The notes under the pieces were generated by a model that worked only from the letters and a program-made list of their open reading frames with translations, did not search any database and was not told the DNA's origin. DNA of 64,000 nt, from contig JAOZHU010000008.1 in assembly GCA_026014705.1 (NCBI GenBank), positions 17,833 through 81,832 on the forward strand. Reading direction: 5' to 3'. Made by a program: the position numbers and the translations under genes. Position 1 is the stretch's first letter, and each line of letters opens with the position of its first letter. Positions 7,806-17,967 of this stretch are shown one piece after another. Origin of the DNA: Candidatus Bathyarchaeota archaeon (GTDB lineage: Archaea; Thermoproteota; Bathyarchaeia; Bathyarchaeales; Bathycorpusculaceae).

Positions 7806-10436
7806 CTACTTTTTCTTAATCAGCACAATAACTGCTACTGCAACTGCAATGATGATTGCTATTGCCGTGCCAATGAAATGCCACGTATAGTCATAAGGCT
7901 GCGGATACACTGGCGGTGCGGTTGCTGGTGGTGCCTCGTCAACGTTTATGAAAGTCTCTGCGTACGACGGATAGTACGATTTGGAGCCTGCGAACGTTGC
8001 CATGATCGTGTAGAATCCTGGCACTTCGGGGACAAAAGCGAGACCGTAGTTTCCGCTCATGTCACTGGTAGCCGTGCCGATGTGCACAAAGTTGCCGTTA
8101 GGATCAAGAGCATCCAAGCTTACGTCAACGCCCTTCGCGTTTGCGGGGATTCCTTGCTGCATGTACAGGTACGCCATCCAGTCATCCATGTATTCGTCGG
8201 AAATCGCTGGGGTTCCTTTTGCCTCGGTGGAGGGTGTCTGGTCAGTTACTGTTCCTTCTATTACGACGCTGTTGCCGTGCACTGAAACTTTAGGCGACGC
8301 TGTCACCGTGGTTGCGCTTGGTCCTTTGCCGAAGCAGTAGATTTGGTTGTCATAGCCGTTGAGTGCCACGAGGTAGCCGTCTGCTATAGCGAAGTTGTCT
8401 CCCGCGTTTCCTGAAGACATTGAGACGCCGAGAAGCGGGAACTTCCACAGTTCAGCGCCGTTTGATGCGTTGATGCAGCGTAGGGTTGGACCGCGCCATG
8501 GCGGCTGCGTAATTGAGTGTTCGCCAGCGCCGATGTAGATTTTTCCGTCTGCGATGGCGCCTATGCCCATTGGGTAGTTGCCGTAGGGTGATTCGAAGCC
8601 GACGTTTGCAGCGGTGTAGTTCCACAGTTGTTTGCCAGTTTTAATGTCGTAGGCGATTAGTACTCCGCCGTAGCCGCAGGTGAGCAGTTTGCCGTCGTAT
8701 ATGTTGTATTGCATGCCGTAGAAGTTCAGGGATGGTTCGCTTGGAGTTGGTCCCCAGAGTTGCTGTCCAGTTGAGAGGCTGTAGCCCCACCACCTTAGTC
8801 CAAGCACTTCGTTGAAGAGGAAGACGCCGTTTTCAACGCTTACAGTTGGTCCCTGCATGGTGCCTGTTCCGAACAAGCCGCCAGCAAGAAGTTCCGCGTC
8901 AGTTGCTTGCTGAGGAGGCGTGAAGGTTATGTTCCACAGTAGCGTGCCTTCTTGGCCTGGTTTAAGGCTTAGCGCCCACAGGTGTCCCTGTTGAACGTAA
9001 GTGCCGTTGTTCTTTCCGCCTACTCCGCCGATTATTATTTCGCCTTCGCGGATTGCGCGTATGGTGCCCTGCACTGCGGGTATGGATACGTTCAGTGAGT
9101 AGCCGTTGTTGCCGTCAAAAGTCATGTTGTACGTTGGTCGCCACATCCAATAGTTGTTGCTGGTGTAGACTGGTTCGTACCATATGGCTCGGCTGGTGTT
9201 CCAAATCTGCAAGCGCATGTTGGCGCCTGAGCCCACGGTGTTGTAGTGCGTTATGCTTCCGTCTTTGCCGTAGACCTGTGTGCCCCAAGTGGTGGCTCCG
9301 AAGAAACCAGCGCTAGTGGGTACATTTTTTATGCTGCATATGTATTTTCCAGTGAAGGCGTCGTACATCCTCCATGTGGTTAGCCCGCCGTTATCGTCCG
9401 TGGTGCTCCATAGGTAGGGTATGCCTCCGTGCTGGTTAGGCGACTCGTAGTCGTAGATTTGGCCGAAAGCCAGCTTTCCGCCTTGGATTGCTCCTGAAGC
9501 GTCGAAGCCGCCGCCAACTCCTGTAACTGGACCCGTCGTGTTCTGGAAGTACTCGACTTCACCAGTGTACAGGTCAAGGCAGTACCAGCCGATTCTTGGA
9601 AGCGACATTACGTTGTAGTAGAGTTTGCCGTTGAGAATTATTGGCGGTTGAAAACCGAGACCCTCGTAGTGGTAGTTGTAGTAGCCGATGTCGCCGAAGC
9701 GTGCATCCATGATGCCTCCCGCCCACATTGGCTGAGACCACATCACGTGCGAGCTTTCAGGTCCTGGTCCGTAGCTGTAGCTTGTAGTGCAGCCGCCAGC
9801 AGCGCCCAACGGGTAGTTCTGTGCAGCACCTGCGAGCCAGTTAGCTGCGAGGCATGCCCAGTTTCTGTTGAGGCTGTTTATCGGTCGTGTCCAGAACTGT
9901 GTGGGTAGCGGCGCGTCGGGCCATGGTTGTACTTGCTCTTCTTGTGCAACGAGTGTTATTGGGTTGCTTTGGCTGGCTAAGTATGTGTCGTTGATGTATG
10001 CGTCTCCGCCGAAGAAGTAGATTCCTCCTGGCGGTACAGGTTGACCCGTGATTTTGGTGTCTGGGAATTTAGCCACAATTGTGTACGTGCCCACTTGGGT
10101 AGGTGTGTATTTAGTGAAGCCTCCTCCAACTGGGTCGGACGTTAATGGTCCCAGTGTTTCTTTGGTGCCGTCGGGTTTGGTGATTTCTATTGTGAATTTC
10201 CAGCGGTCGCCGTATGCGCCGAATGCTGTTGGCGGTACGGCGTTGAGCCAGAATGTTATTCCTGTTTCTTGGTTGACTCCTACGGGGTTGACGGTGCAGA
10301 CTGCGTAGCAGTGGGTTGGTATCTGCCATGCTGGAGTGTGCGCGTTTGCGATTGGTAACGCTAATGAAGCAGCGATTGTTAACGCCAGCGACAGTGCGAT
10401 TAAAGTAGCTGTTGCTCTGTTTTTTGCGATTTTCAT
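7806..10436 (-). CDS. Secreted, membrane-anchored PQQ-like beta-propeller surface protein
   Basis: Signal peptide; repeated DxxTGxxLW blades and ADG(K/Y) motifs; Ig-like C-domain; C-terminal TM plus KKK. Confidence 0.85.
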   Translation of the reverse strand: MKIAKNRATATLIALSLALTIAASLALPIANAHTPAWQIPTHCYAVCTVNPVGVNQETGITFWLNAVPPTAFGAYGDRWKFTIEITKPDGTKETLGPLTSDPVGGGFTKYTPTQVGTYTIVAKFPDTKITGQPVPPGGIYFFGGDAYINDTYLASQSNPITLVAQEEQVQPWPDAPLPTQFWTRPINSLNRNWACLAANWLAGAAQNYPLGAAGGCTTSYSYGPGPESSHVMWSQPMWAGGIMDARFGDIGYYNYHYEGLGFQPPIILNGKLYYNVMSLPRIGWYCLDLYTGEVEYFQNTTGPVTGVGGGFDASGAIQGGKLAFGQIYDYESPNQHGGIPYLWSTTDDNGGLTTWRMYDAFTGKYICSIKNVPTSAGFFGATTWGTQVYGKDGSITHYNTVGSGANMRLQIWNTSRAIWYEPVYTSNNYWMWRPTYNMTFDGNNGYSLNVSIPAVQGTIRAIREGEIIIGGVGGKNNGTYVQQGHLWALSLKPGQEGTLLWNITFTPPQQATDAELLAGGLFGTGTMQGPTVSVENGVFLFNEVLGLRWWGYSLSTGQQLWGPTPSEPSLNFYGMQYNIYDGKLLTCGYGGVLIAYDIKTGKQLWNYTAANVGFESPYGNYPMGIGAIADGKIYIGAGEHSITQPPWRGPTLRCINASNGAELWKFPLLGVSMSSGNAGDNFAIADGYLVALNGYDNQIYCFGKGPSATTVTASPKVSVHGNSVVIEGTVTDQTPSTEAKGTPAISDEYMDDWMAYLYMQQGIPANAKGVDVSLDALDPNGNFVHIGTATSDMSGNYGLAFVPEVPGFYTIMATFAGSKSYYPSYAETFINVDEAPPATAPPVYPQPYDYTWHFIGTAIAIIIAVAVAVIVLIKKK

Positions 10437-10760
10437 TTTTCTCTTTCCTTCCTTTTTATTCCTGCGTGTTTGCGCAGGAACATGGTTTGGTTTTTATGGT
10501 ATTTTGTCTTATAAGTTTTTGCAAACTTGCCCTTTTGTGAGTGTGCTGCATCCTGAAAATGCTTTCTTGCGGGTGTTTTAATGCGTATTTTGTCTTTTTT
10601 TCGTTTTTCTGGTTGACGTTTTCTAGCACTTTGCCCTTGCCATAGGCGTCTGTTGCAAGCGTGCCTTCTGTTTGGCGGTATCGGCATGATTAAGTAATAG
10701 CATTTATATCTCTATCACGTTCAAACTGCGCGTGTTGGAGGGTGCGTTTAGTCGGGTAAA

Positions 10761-12443
10761 GTGTTGGTTACGTCAGCTTGGCCTTACATTAACGTGACTC
10801 CGCATCTAGGCAACCTCGTTGGTTCAGTGTTGTCTGCGGATGTCGCTGCGCGGTTTTATAGGCTCCGCGGCGAAGAGGTTTTAATGGTTAGCGGTTCGGA
10901 TGAGCACGGCACACCCATCGAAGTTGAAGCCCTAAAGCAGGGAATAACGCCTAAGGCTTTAACTGACCGAAACCACGCATACGTGGCCGAGTTGTTCAAG
11001 CGGTGGGGCGCGTCTTTTGATAATTACACGCGGACTGAGAACCCTGTGCACAAGGAGTTTGTGCAGGAGTTTCTGATGAAAATTTATCGAAATGGCTACA
11101 TTTTCGCTGAAGAATCACGGATGCTGTATTGCGAGCGTGATCAGCGTTTTCTGCCTGACCGCTTCGTTGAGGGTAAATGTCCATACTGCGGGTATGAGCA
11201 TGCTCGTGGAGACCAGTGTGACCGCTGCGGAAGGTTGCTGGAGACGACGTTTCTTGTGGAGCCGCACTGCGTAATCTGCGGGAACTTGCCTGTGGTTAAA
11301 GCTACTAAGCATTGGTATATCGATTTGTCGCAGTTAGCTGAGCCGCTCAGCGAGTATATCAAGGCTAATCGGCAGTTGCCTGCTAACGCCAAGAACTTCA
11401 GCTTGAACTGGATTCAGGAAGGCTTGAAGGCTCGGGCTGTCACTCGCGATGTGGAATGGGGAATTCCTGCGCCGTTTCCAGGAGCCGAGGGCAAGACGGT
11501 TTACGTGTGGGTTGAGGCGGTTTTAGGTTACGTCTCAGCCACCATCGAGTATTGCCGCCGCGTGGGCAAGCCTGAGTTGTGGCGGGAATTCTGGTTCGGC
11601 AAGGATGCGCGTTCACTGTTTTTTGTAGGAAAAGATAACATTCCTTTCCACACGATTTTGCTGCCTGCGCTGCTTTTGGCTTCTGGTGAGGGCTACAATT
11701 TGCCGTGGAACGTTTCAGCCACCGAGTTTCTCCAGTTCAAAGGCGAAAAAGCCTCTAAGAGCCGGCGGATTGGCATCTGGATAGACGAAGCGTTGGAGCT
11801 GTTTCCTGTTGATTATTGGCGGTTCTTTTTGGTGGCTACGCGACCCGAGGCTAAGGATGCGAATTTCTCATGGGAATTCTTCGCGGACAAGATTAACGCA
11901 GACTTGAATGACACATTCGGCAACTTCGTGCACAGGACTTTGACGTTTATTAACTCGCGTTTTGATGGCGCCGTGCCACAAGCCGAGCAGTTAACCATGG
12001 AAGACGAAGCAGTTCTTCAGGGCATACGCGAAAAAGTAGAAACCATGGCTGAAGAGCTCGAAGCAGCTAAATTGCAGTCCGCGGCGAACACACTGATTAG
12101 CCTAAGCCGTTTAGGGAACCAATACTTGAACGAGAAGGAGCCTTGGAACCTGCTTAAGACGGACAGAGCACGCGCAGCGGCTGTTTTGTACGTGGCAGCG
12201 CAAGTTGTGAAGGCGCTTGCCGTGGCTTCGGCTCCGATAATGCCCGGGACGGCGGAGCAGATGTGGCAGACGCTTGGTTTAGCTGGCAGCGTTCACTGGT
12301 GCCGGTGGAGTGACGCGCTTGAGCCGTTGGAGGAGGGGCACAAAATTGCGAAGGCGTCGCCGCTCTTCCGCAAAATAGACTCTACTGCGGAGCAGCTTGA
12401 CGAGTTGTTGGCTAAAGTCAGAGAGAAAATGGCAAATGCTTAA
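10761..12443 (+). CDS. metG: Methionine--tRNA ligase
   Basis: TSAWPYIN..PHLGN (HIGH), GSDEHGTP, Zn knuckle, GKDNIPFH and KASKS motifs. Confidence 0.96.
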   Translation: MLVTSAWPYINVTPHLGNLVGSVLSADVAARFYRLRGEEVLMVSGSDEHGTPIEVEALKQGITPKALTDRNHAYVAELFKRWGASFDNYTRTENPVHKEFVQEFLMKIYRNGYIFAEESRMLYCERDQRFLPDRFVEGKCPYCGYEHARGDQCDRCGRLLETTFLVEPHCVICGNLPVVKATKHWYIDLSQLAEPLSEYIKANRQLPANAKNFSLNWIQEGLKARAVTRDVEWGIPAPFPGAEGKTVYVWVEAVLGYVSATIEYCRRVGKPELWREFWFGKDARSLFFVGKDNIPFHTILLPALLLASGEGYNLPWNVSATEFLQFKGEKASKSRRIGIWIDEALELFPVDYWRFFLVATRPEAKDANFSWEFFADKINADLNDTFGNFVHRTLTFINSRFDGAVPQAEQLTMEDEAVLQGIREKVETMAEELEAAKLQSAANTLISLSRLGNQYLNEKEPWNLLKTDRARAAAVLYVAAQVVKALAVASAPIMPGTAEQMWQTLGLAGSVHWCRWSDALEPLEEGHKIAKASPLFRKIDSTAEQLDELLAKVREKMANA

Positions 12444-13089
12444 AATTGACTTGCATGTTCACACAGTTTATTCTCCCGATTCACTGATTAGGCTAAAGGA
12501 GCTTGTTTTTTGGGCTAAACAGCGGGGGTTGGACGCGGTGGCGGTTACTGACCACAACCAAGTTGAGGGCGCATTGAAATTTGCTAAGGAAACGGATTTC
12601 TTGATTATCCCGGGCACTGAAGTCAGCAGTAGAGATGGGCACATCGTTGCTCTTAACGTGCATGAAACTTTTCCAAGAGGCTTAAGCGCAGAAGAAACTG
12701 TTGAGCAAATTCACGCGGCAAGCGGCATAGCAGTTGCGTGCCATCCCTTTGCGCTGTTCAAAGGCAGTTTAGGCAAGCATGCCAACGGCAAGTTTGATGC
12801 AGTTGAAACCATTAACGCTTCTGCTTCACCCTTTAAACGAAGCGTAAAAAAAGCTGAAGCAATTGCAGCAAACCTCAAGCTTCCACGGGTTGCTGGCACC
12901 GACGCGCATTACGCGCCTGCCATCGGCTACGCTTACACGGCTGTCGATGCTGCGCCTGACGCCGAAGCAATTGTGAAAGCAATAGTTGCTGGCCGTTGTG
13001 AGCCTTTTGGCAAGCAAGTGCCGTTAGGCTTGAAGCTTAAGAAGCACTACACATTTTTCAAGAGGAAGATTACAAGTACTCTTAAATGA
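12436..13089 (+). CDS. PHP-domain metal-dependent phosphoesterase
   Basis: DLHVHT, AVTDHN, GTEVS, HPF and GTDAH motifs. Confidence 0.9.
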   Translation: MLKIDLHVHTVYSPDSLIRLKELVFWAKQRGLDAVAVTDHNQVEGALKFAKETDFLIIPGTEVSSRDGHIVALNVHETFPRGLSAEETVEQIHAASGIAVACHPFALFKGSLGKHANGKFDAVETINASASPFKRSVKKAEAIAANLKLPRVAGTDAHYAPAIGYAYTAVDAAPDAEAIVKAIVAGRCEPFGKQVPLGLKLKKHYTFFKRKITSTLK

Positions 13090-13447
13090 ACAAAGGTTTT
13101 TATTTACTGAGAAAAACTTGGGCGCCGCTTGACATACAGAAGCATAAGCCTAAAGCAATCACCACCTTTGGCATAAAACCATGGATAAGCACAAAGCCTG
13201 ATAAACGCAGAAGCACCGCACCTCATCCGCACGCACACCATATCCGCCTGTGCCCCTAACACTCTCCTAACAATAACCTACGCTCTTCGCCAACCCATTT
13301 AATACTTTAAATAGGGGGGCTATAGTTTTTTCCACGCATAAAAATGGAAGCCCCACATATCCAGAGCCTGCTAGAAACAGTGTGCAGAAACCTATCGCTA
13401 ACCTATTAGCGCCATGGAAAACAAAAAATAGAAAGGAAAGAATCTGC

Positions 13448-13729
13448 CTAATAATTTTCCATCTGGTAAAGATCCAAATCCACGTTCAGCGGCTTCTCTG
13501 CTTCACTGCCTTGCTCCAAATCGTACAATTCAGGCATGACTTTGCACCTTTTATTTCGCACAGCGTTCACCTTCACTTTAAGAGGCGCAATCTCCACAGG
13601 CTCGACAACTGCACCGCAGCCTACAAGCGCTTCGTCGCAAACCAACTCAACCGTGCTCTCAACGACCTTGTTCGCCTCATCCAAACTCAAATGCGCCTTC
13701 AACGCGATTTCGTCTGCTTGCTTAGTCAA
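13448..13729 (-). CDS. Short protein resembling only the C-terminal part of FtsZ
   Basis: LSLDEANKVVE...DEALVGCGAVVEP resembles the FtsZ C-domain (xTLxEA...AxVIWGAxxxP); no GGGTG tubulin signature; follows a CdrS-like gene. Confidence 0.55.
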   Translation of the reverse strand: MTKQADEIALKAHLSLDEANKVVESTVELVCDEALVGCGAVVEPVEIAPLKVKVNAVRNKRCKVMPELYDLEQGSEAEKPLNVDLDLYQMENY

Positions 13730-13877
13730 CGCCCTTCCGCCTCCACACTTCAGCACTGATTAAATCACGAATAGCCACGCGAATCGCCTCAGCCCTATTC
13801 GGATAAAAACATTCAGTTACCAACTGATCCAAAGCTTTTATATACGTTTCAGGCAAATACAGAGTGATTAACTTCAA
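13722..13877 (-). CDS. Ribbon-helix-helix protein, CdrS-like (51 aa)
   Basis: Manual translation MKLITLYLPETYIKALDQLVTECFYPNRAEAIRVAIRDLI..., TTG start. Confidence 0.8.
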   Translation of the reverse strand: MKLITLYLPETYIKALDQLVTECFYPNRAEAIRVAIRDLISAEVWRRKGVD

Positions 13878-14082
13878 GTGTTCTCTCCCTCAACAAACTG
13901 TTAAAAGCATGCATGTATGTTATACTTCTATATGTTATGAGGCAAATATGCATTAAACATGTTCGTGCCACCATTTATAAATATTACAAAAACGATGTTG
14001 CACATTCCTGTAAATTCAGGCGCCAACAACCTTTATTTTTTCATTCCCCATTACCTCATTAAACACGATACGATGACACACA

Positions 14083-15369
14083 ATGTATGTTCACGTGAAA
14101 ACCTTCGGATGCTCAACAAACTTAGCTGACAGCGAAGCCATAGCAGGAAGCCTAAAGCAAGCAGGCTTCACGCTAACCCGTTCCGCCGCGACCGCAAACA
14201 TAATAATTTACAACACATGCGCCGTAAAAGGACCAACAGAAAACCGCGTAATCAACACCATAAAACGCACTCCAAAAAGCAAAAAAGTAATCATTGCAGG
14301 CTGCTTACCGCTCATCAACTTGGAACGCTTACGCCGCGAAACACGCTTCAACGCTGCAGTTGGACCAGCCGCAGCGCAGCAAATCGCCGAAATCACCAAA
14401 CGCGTCCTAAAAGGCGAAAACATAATCGCACTAGAACATGCATTAACCGCTAAGCCGCCCTTGAACATCCCACGCCAAAAAGCAAACCCCATAATCAGCG
14501 TAATCCCCATAAACTACGGTTGCCTCGGCAAATGCGCTTACTGCTGCGTAACCTTCGCACGCGGAAACCTGCGCAGCTACAGCATCACCGAAATCACCCA
14601 ACGAATAACCAGCGACTTAGCCACAGGCACAAAAGAAATCTGGCTCACCTCACAGGATACAGCCTGCTACGGCAAAGACATCGGCACAAACCTCGCAGCG
14701 TTGCTTAATGCTTTAGCCACCGTGAAAGCGGACTTCACAATGCGCATCGGCATGATGACCCCTAACATCGCAACGCCATTCTTGGCTGAACTGATTGAGG
14801 CTTTCAGTAACCCACGCATATTCAAGTTTGTGCATCTGCCCGTGCAAAGCGGCGATGACGAAGTGCTAAAACGCATGCAGCGGTGCTACACTGTTGAGCA
14901 GTTCAAAGCCACCGTAAAGGCGTTCCGAACAGCATTCCCAGAAATCACCATAGCCACCGACGTAATCTGCGGGTTTCCCGGCGAAACCGAAAGCGCATTT
15001 CGAAACACGCTTGCGCTCATCAAAGCAACAAAACCCGACATCATAAACATATCCAAGTTTTTCCCCCGACCACACACGGCAGCAGCAGAAATGCGCAGCA
15101 AATTCATAGACATAGCAGAAATAAAGCAACGCAGCACTGTGCTGGCTCAACTGGCAAAAAGCATATCGCTGGAACGCAACAAACGCTGGATAGGCTGGAA
15201 AGGCAAAGCATTGGTAGACGAAAAGGGAAAAACGCCTAACTCGTGGATAGCCCGCAACTTCACCTACAAACCCATAGTAGTCCACACTTCATCGAACATG
15301 CTCGGAAAAACCGTAAACGTGCAAATCACAGAGGCATTTACCACGTACCTCGCAGGAACCCTTTGCTGA
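14083..15369 (+). CDS. tRNA t6A37 methylthiotransferase (MtaB/e-MtaB type radical SAM)
   Basis: UPF0004 domain (TFGCSTN, NTCAVK, AGCLP), CxxxCxxC (CLGKCAYC), HLPVQSG, C-terminal TRAM. Confidence 0.9.
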   Translation: MYVHVKTFGCSTNLADSEAIAGSLKQAGFTLTRSAATANIIIYNTCAVKGPTENRVINTIKRTPKSKKVIIAGCLPLINLERLRRETRFNAAVGPAAAQQIAEITKRVLKGENIIALEHALTAKPPLNIPRQKANPIISVIPINYGCLGKCAYCCVTFARGNLRSYSITEITQRITSDLATGTKEIWLTSQDTACYGKDIGTNLAALLNALATVKADFTMRIGMMTPNIATPFLAELIEAFSNPRIFKFVHLPVQSGDDEVLKRMQRCYTVEQFKATVKAFRTAFPEITIATDVICGFPGETESAFRNTLALIKATKPDIINISKFFPRPHTAAAEMRSKFIDIAEIKQRSTVLAQLAKSISLERNKRWIGWKGKALVDEKGKTPNSWIARNFTYKPIVVHTSSNMLGKTVNVQITEAFTTYLAGTLC

Positions 15370-15431
15370 ACAACACTATGATTCATCATGAACTTCTGCT
15401 ACTGTTCAGGAGCAATATTCAATAGGCACAC

Positions 15432-16076
15432 GTGACATGCCTAAGAGTAATGATTCCGCTGCTCAACGTTGGCTACAGCAGTTTTCCAGTAAATTCCATA
15501 GGCGACAGAGACAGCGACATTCTGGCTTTCTTAAGCCAAGAAGAATTCACCTTCTTCACTTTCGAAGGGCTCAAACGGCGATTAGGACTACACCCCGAAA
15601 CACTATCCCGCATACTAAACCGCTTAGAACAAGAAGGCATAATCAAAAAAACCAGCGAAGGCTACACCGTCACACAAGAAATCGCCCACCACCTCAAACT
15701 TCACGCCCCTTACACCAGCGAATCAAACTTATCCCTGTTGCAAACCTACCTGCCCTCAGACATCTCCATCCCGCAACTCGTTTCGAACCTCCGAGGAAAA
15801 TGGTTCGGACTACTTCGATGGCTCGGCACAGCCGAAACCCGCGAAACCATCACACTAAAATGGATAACCGAAGACGGCGACATCCAAATCGACGCGAAAA
15901 TCACCGAATCCCAACTCGCAATCGAAGCCAAATTCCTGCACCACGCCAACCTCAACCGCGCATTAAAAGCCGCCTACCAGCTAATGGCGCACATTGGCAA
16001 GCTCTGCGCACGCACACCTATGGCAAGACACGTAGCCTACTTCAACGATTCCACCTTACGCTTGATGTCCGCCTAA
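15432..16076 (+). CDS. Winged HTH domain protein
   Basis: FTFEGLKRRLGLHPETLSRILNRLEQEGII; start codon uncertain. Confidence 0.7.
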   Translation: MTCLRVMIPLLNVGYSSFPVNSIGDRDSDILAFLSQEEFTFFTFEGLKRRLGLHPETLSRILNRLEQEGIIKKTSEGYTVTQEIAHHLKLHAPYTSESNLSLLQTYLPSDISIPQLVSNLRGKWFGLLRWLGTAETRETITLKWITEDGDIQIDAKITESQLAIEAKFLHHANLNRALKAAYQLMAHIGKLCARTPMARHVAYFNDSTLRLMSA

Positions 16077-16158
16077 CCCAATGTGACTGACTTCACGCAT
16101 CTCTCAGTCAACAAATACCCTATTGCATATACTGTTTTTTCAGAGGTGTATACCCAAA

Positions 16159-17091
16159 ATGGCACAACTAGTCAACCCCTTAGAAGTGTTACAAACCATA
16201 TCAAACGCCACAACTGCGCTCGTTCAAAAACTAGCGCCTTCAGTCGTCAGCGTAAAATCGCATATGACACACGGCACAGGCATAGTCCTAAACCGAGAAG
16301 GCTACATAGTCACCTGCAACCACGTACTCAGCGGATGCAACACCGTGAAAATCGGACAAAGCGAAAAAACCTACAACGCCACAGTAATCGGCACAGACCC
16401 CTACAACGACATAGCCCTACTCAAAACCGAATCAGGACACTTCAAACCAGCAGACCTTGCCGACTCCAACAAACTAAACACAGGACAATTCATCATAGCA
16501 TTAGCCAACCCATTCAACAAGCAAATGCCCACCGCCACAACAGGCATAATCACAAACCCCAACACCACACTCAAACACACGCACGGAACAGCCATGGAAA
16601 ACGCAATAGCCACCGACGCCAAACTAAACCCGGGCTTCTCAGGCGGACCACTGGCAGACGCCGCTGGCAGAGTAATCGGCATGAACGCAGCATACGTGTG
16701 GTCACGAGGCATCGCCATACCCATAAACAAAATCAAAACCATCACAGACAGACTCATACACGGCACAGCGATAAAACGTGGCTACTTAGGCATAGTATCC
16801 AACACCGTCATGATACCACAGGAAATCGTCGAAGAAATAGGCATCGACCAAAACACGGGCGTAATGATATTCCAAGTTGAACACGGCTCACCAGCAAAGA
16901 AAGCAGGATTAACAATGGGTGACGTCATCGTGAAATTCAACGGAAAAACCGTCGCAGACTTCTACGACTTACCCCGCTTGCTATCAGACGACGTAGTAAA
17001 CAAAGAAACCAAAATCACAATTCTCCGAGGCGAAAAACTCGTAACCCTAACCATCACACCAACAATAGCAGAGGAAGAACACAATGAATAA
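16159..17091 (+). CDS. S1C (HtrA/DegP-like) serine protease with PDZ domain
   Basis: TCNHV, DIALLK and LNPGFSGGPL triad motifs; GYLGI...SPAKKAGL PDZ. Confidence 0.92.
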   Translation: MAQLVNPLEVLQTISNATTALVQKLAPSVVSVKSHMTHGTGIVLNREGYIVTCNHVLSGCNTVKIGQSEKTYNATVIGTDPYNDIALLKTESGHFKPADLADSNKLNTGQFIIALANPFNKQMPTATTGIITNPNTTLKHTHGTAMENAIATDAKLNPGFSGGPLADAAGRVIGMNAAYVWSRGIAIPINKIKTITDRLIHGTAIKRGYLGIVSNTVMIPQEIVEEIGIDQNTGVMIFQVEHGSPAKKAGLTMGDVIVKFNGKTVADFYDLPRLLSDDVVNKETKITILRGEKLVTLTITPTIAEEEHNE

Positions 17092-17273
17092 ACAAACCCC
17101 CACAACCTTCCCACTTGAATTAGAACCGCCGAATCCGCTTCCAAGACCCACACCGTATCGCCCCATACCGTCTCCCCTGCCGCGATTTCGCACAGAAACA
17201 GCCGCAACGCTATCCAACAAGCTTACCCTGCTGAAAAACTGGAACTAACCAACCGCGCTCAACACGCCATGTT

Positions 17274-17867
17274 TCAGCCTGTTCGCTTCGCACCGCAGTT
17301 CGGGCACACAGTCACAAGCTGATCCATCAGCATTCCACAGTACTTGCATGGAATCATAACCACTTGGCGAACAACCTCTTTTTCTTTAATCACAGGCTGC
17401 GCTGACGGCTGCACAACCTGCAGACCAGCAACACTTGAGGTCACGTCAGGGCGTCCATCCACAGCCACAACACCTTTAATCGACCACGTAACGCTTCTGT
17501 CCATACCCTGAAGAGTCGCGCGTCCACCCGCAGGAATGTTTATGCTCAATGGAAAATCGCGCGTCTCACCATTAGCCAAATGCAGCGGACCACTAAGAAC
17601 AGGCTTCGCAGCAAAAAGCACCGAAGATTCCTGCACTTGACGCGGCAACATGCGCCTCAATTGCGGATCATACTCCTGCCGTATGACCACGGCGCGCTCT
17701 ACACAGGAGATTTCGCACCGCACTTCCGTAGCATCAAAATCTTCATTTGAAGAAACCGTCAGGGTGCCTTCCAAATTTTCGCCTAAAGCAACACTGTACT
17801 GTCCAAGCTTCAACTGCACAGTCGCGTTAGGCGCAGTAAATTTGTTCGTGAATTTTTTGAAGAACAG
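17274..17867 (-). CDS. Arrestin/SpoOM-like beta-sandwich protein with C-terminal zinc ribbon
   Basis: Beta-rich body; CKYCG...CPNCGA; start is probably CTG at 17867 (otherwise GTG at 17819). Confidence 0.65.
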   Translation of the reverse strand: MFFKKFTNKFTAPNATVQLKLGQYSVALGENLEGTLTVSSNEDFDATEVRCEISCVERAVVIRQEYDPQLRRMLPRQVQESSVLFAAKPVLSGPLHLANGETRDFPLSINIPAGGRATLQGMDRSVTWSIKGVVAVDGRPDVTSSVAGLQVVQPSAQPVIKEKEVVRQVVMIPCKYCGMLMDQLVTVCPNCGAKRTG

Positions 17868-17967
17868 CCTTAACTCACCGCCTTGTCCATGCGCATTGTT
17901 GTAGTGCTGTTAAACTATTTAATATTTTAAAATTACGCTTTCCAGATAATCATCGCAGGCTGCCGAG

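Noticed and set aside
15437..16880. Long alternative-frame ORFs (217 aa and 265 aa) overlapping real genes
   Set aside because: Arg/His/Gln-rich shadow frames caused by the T-poor composition of this block, which depletes stop codons.
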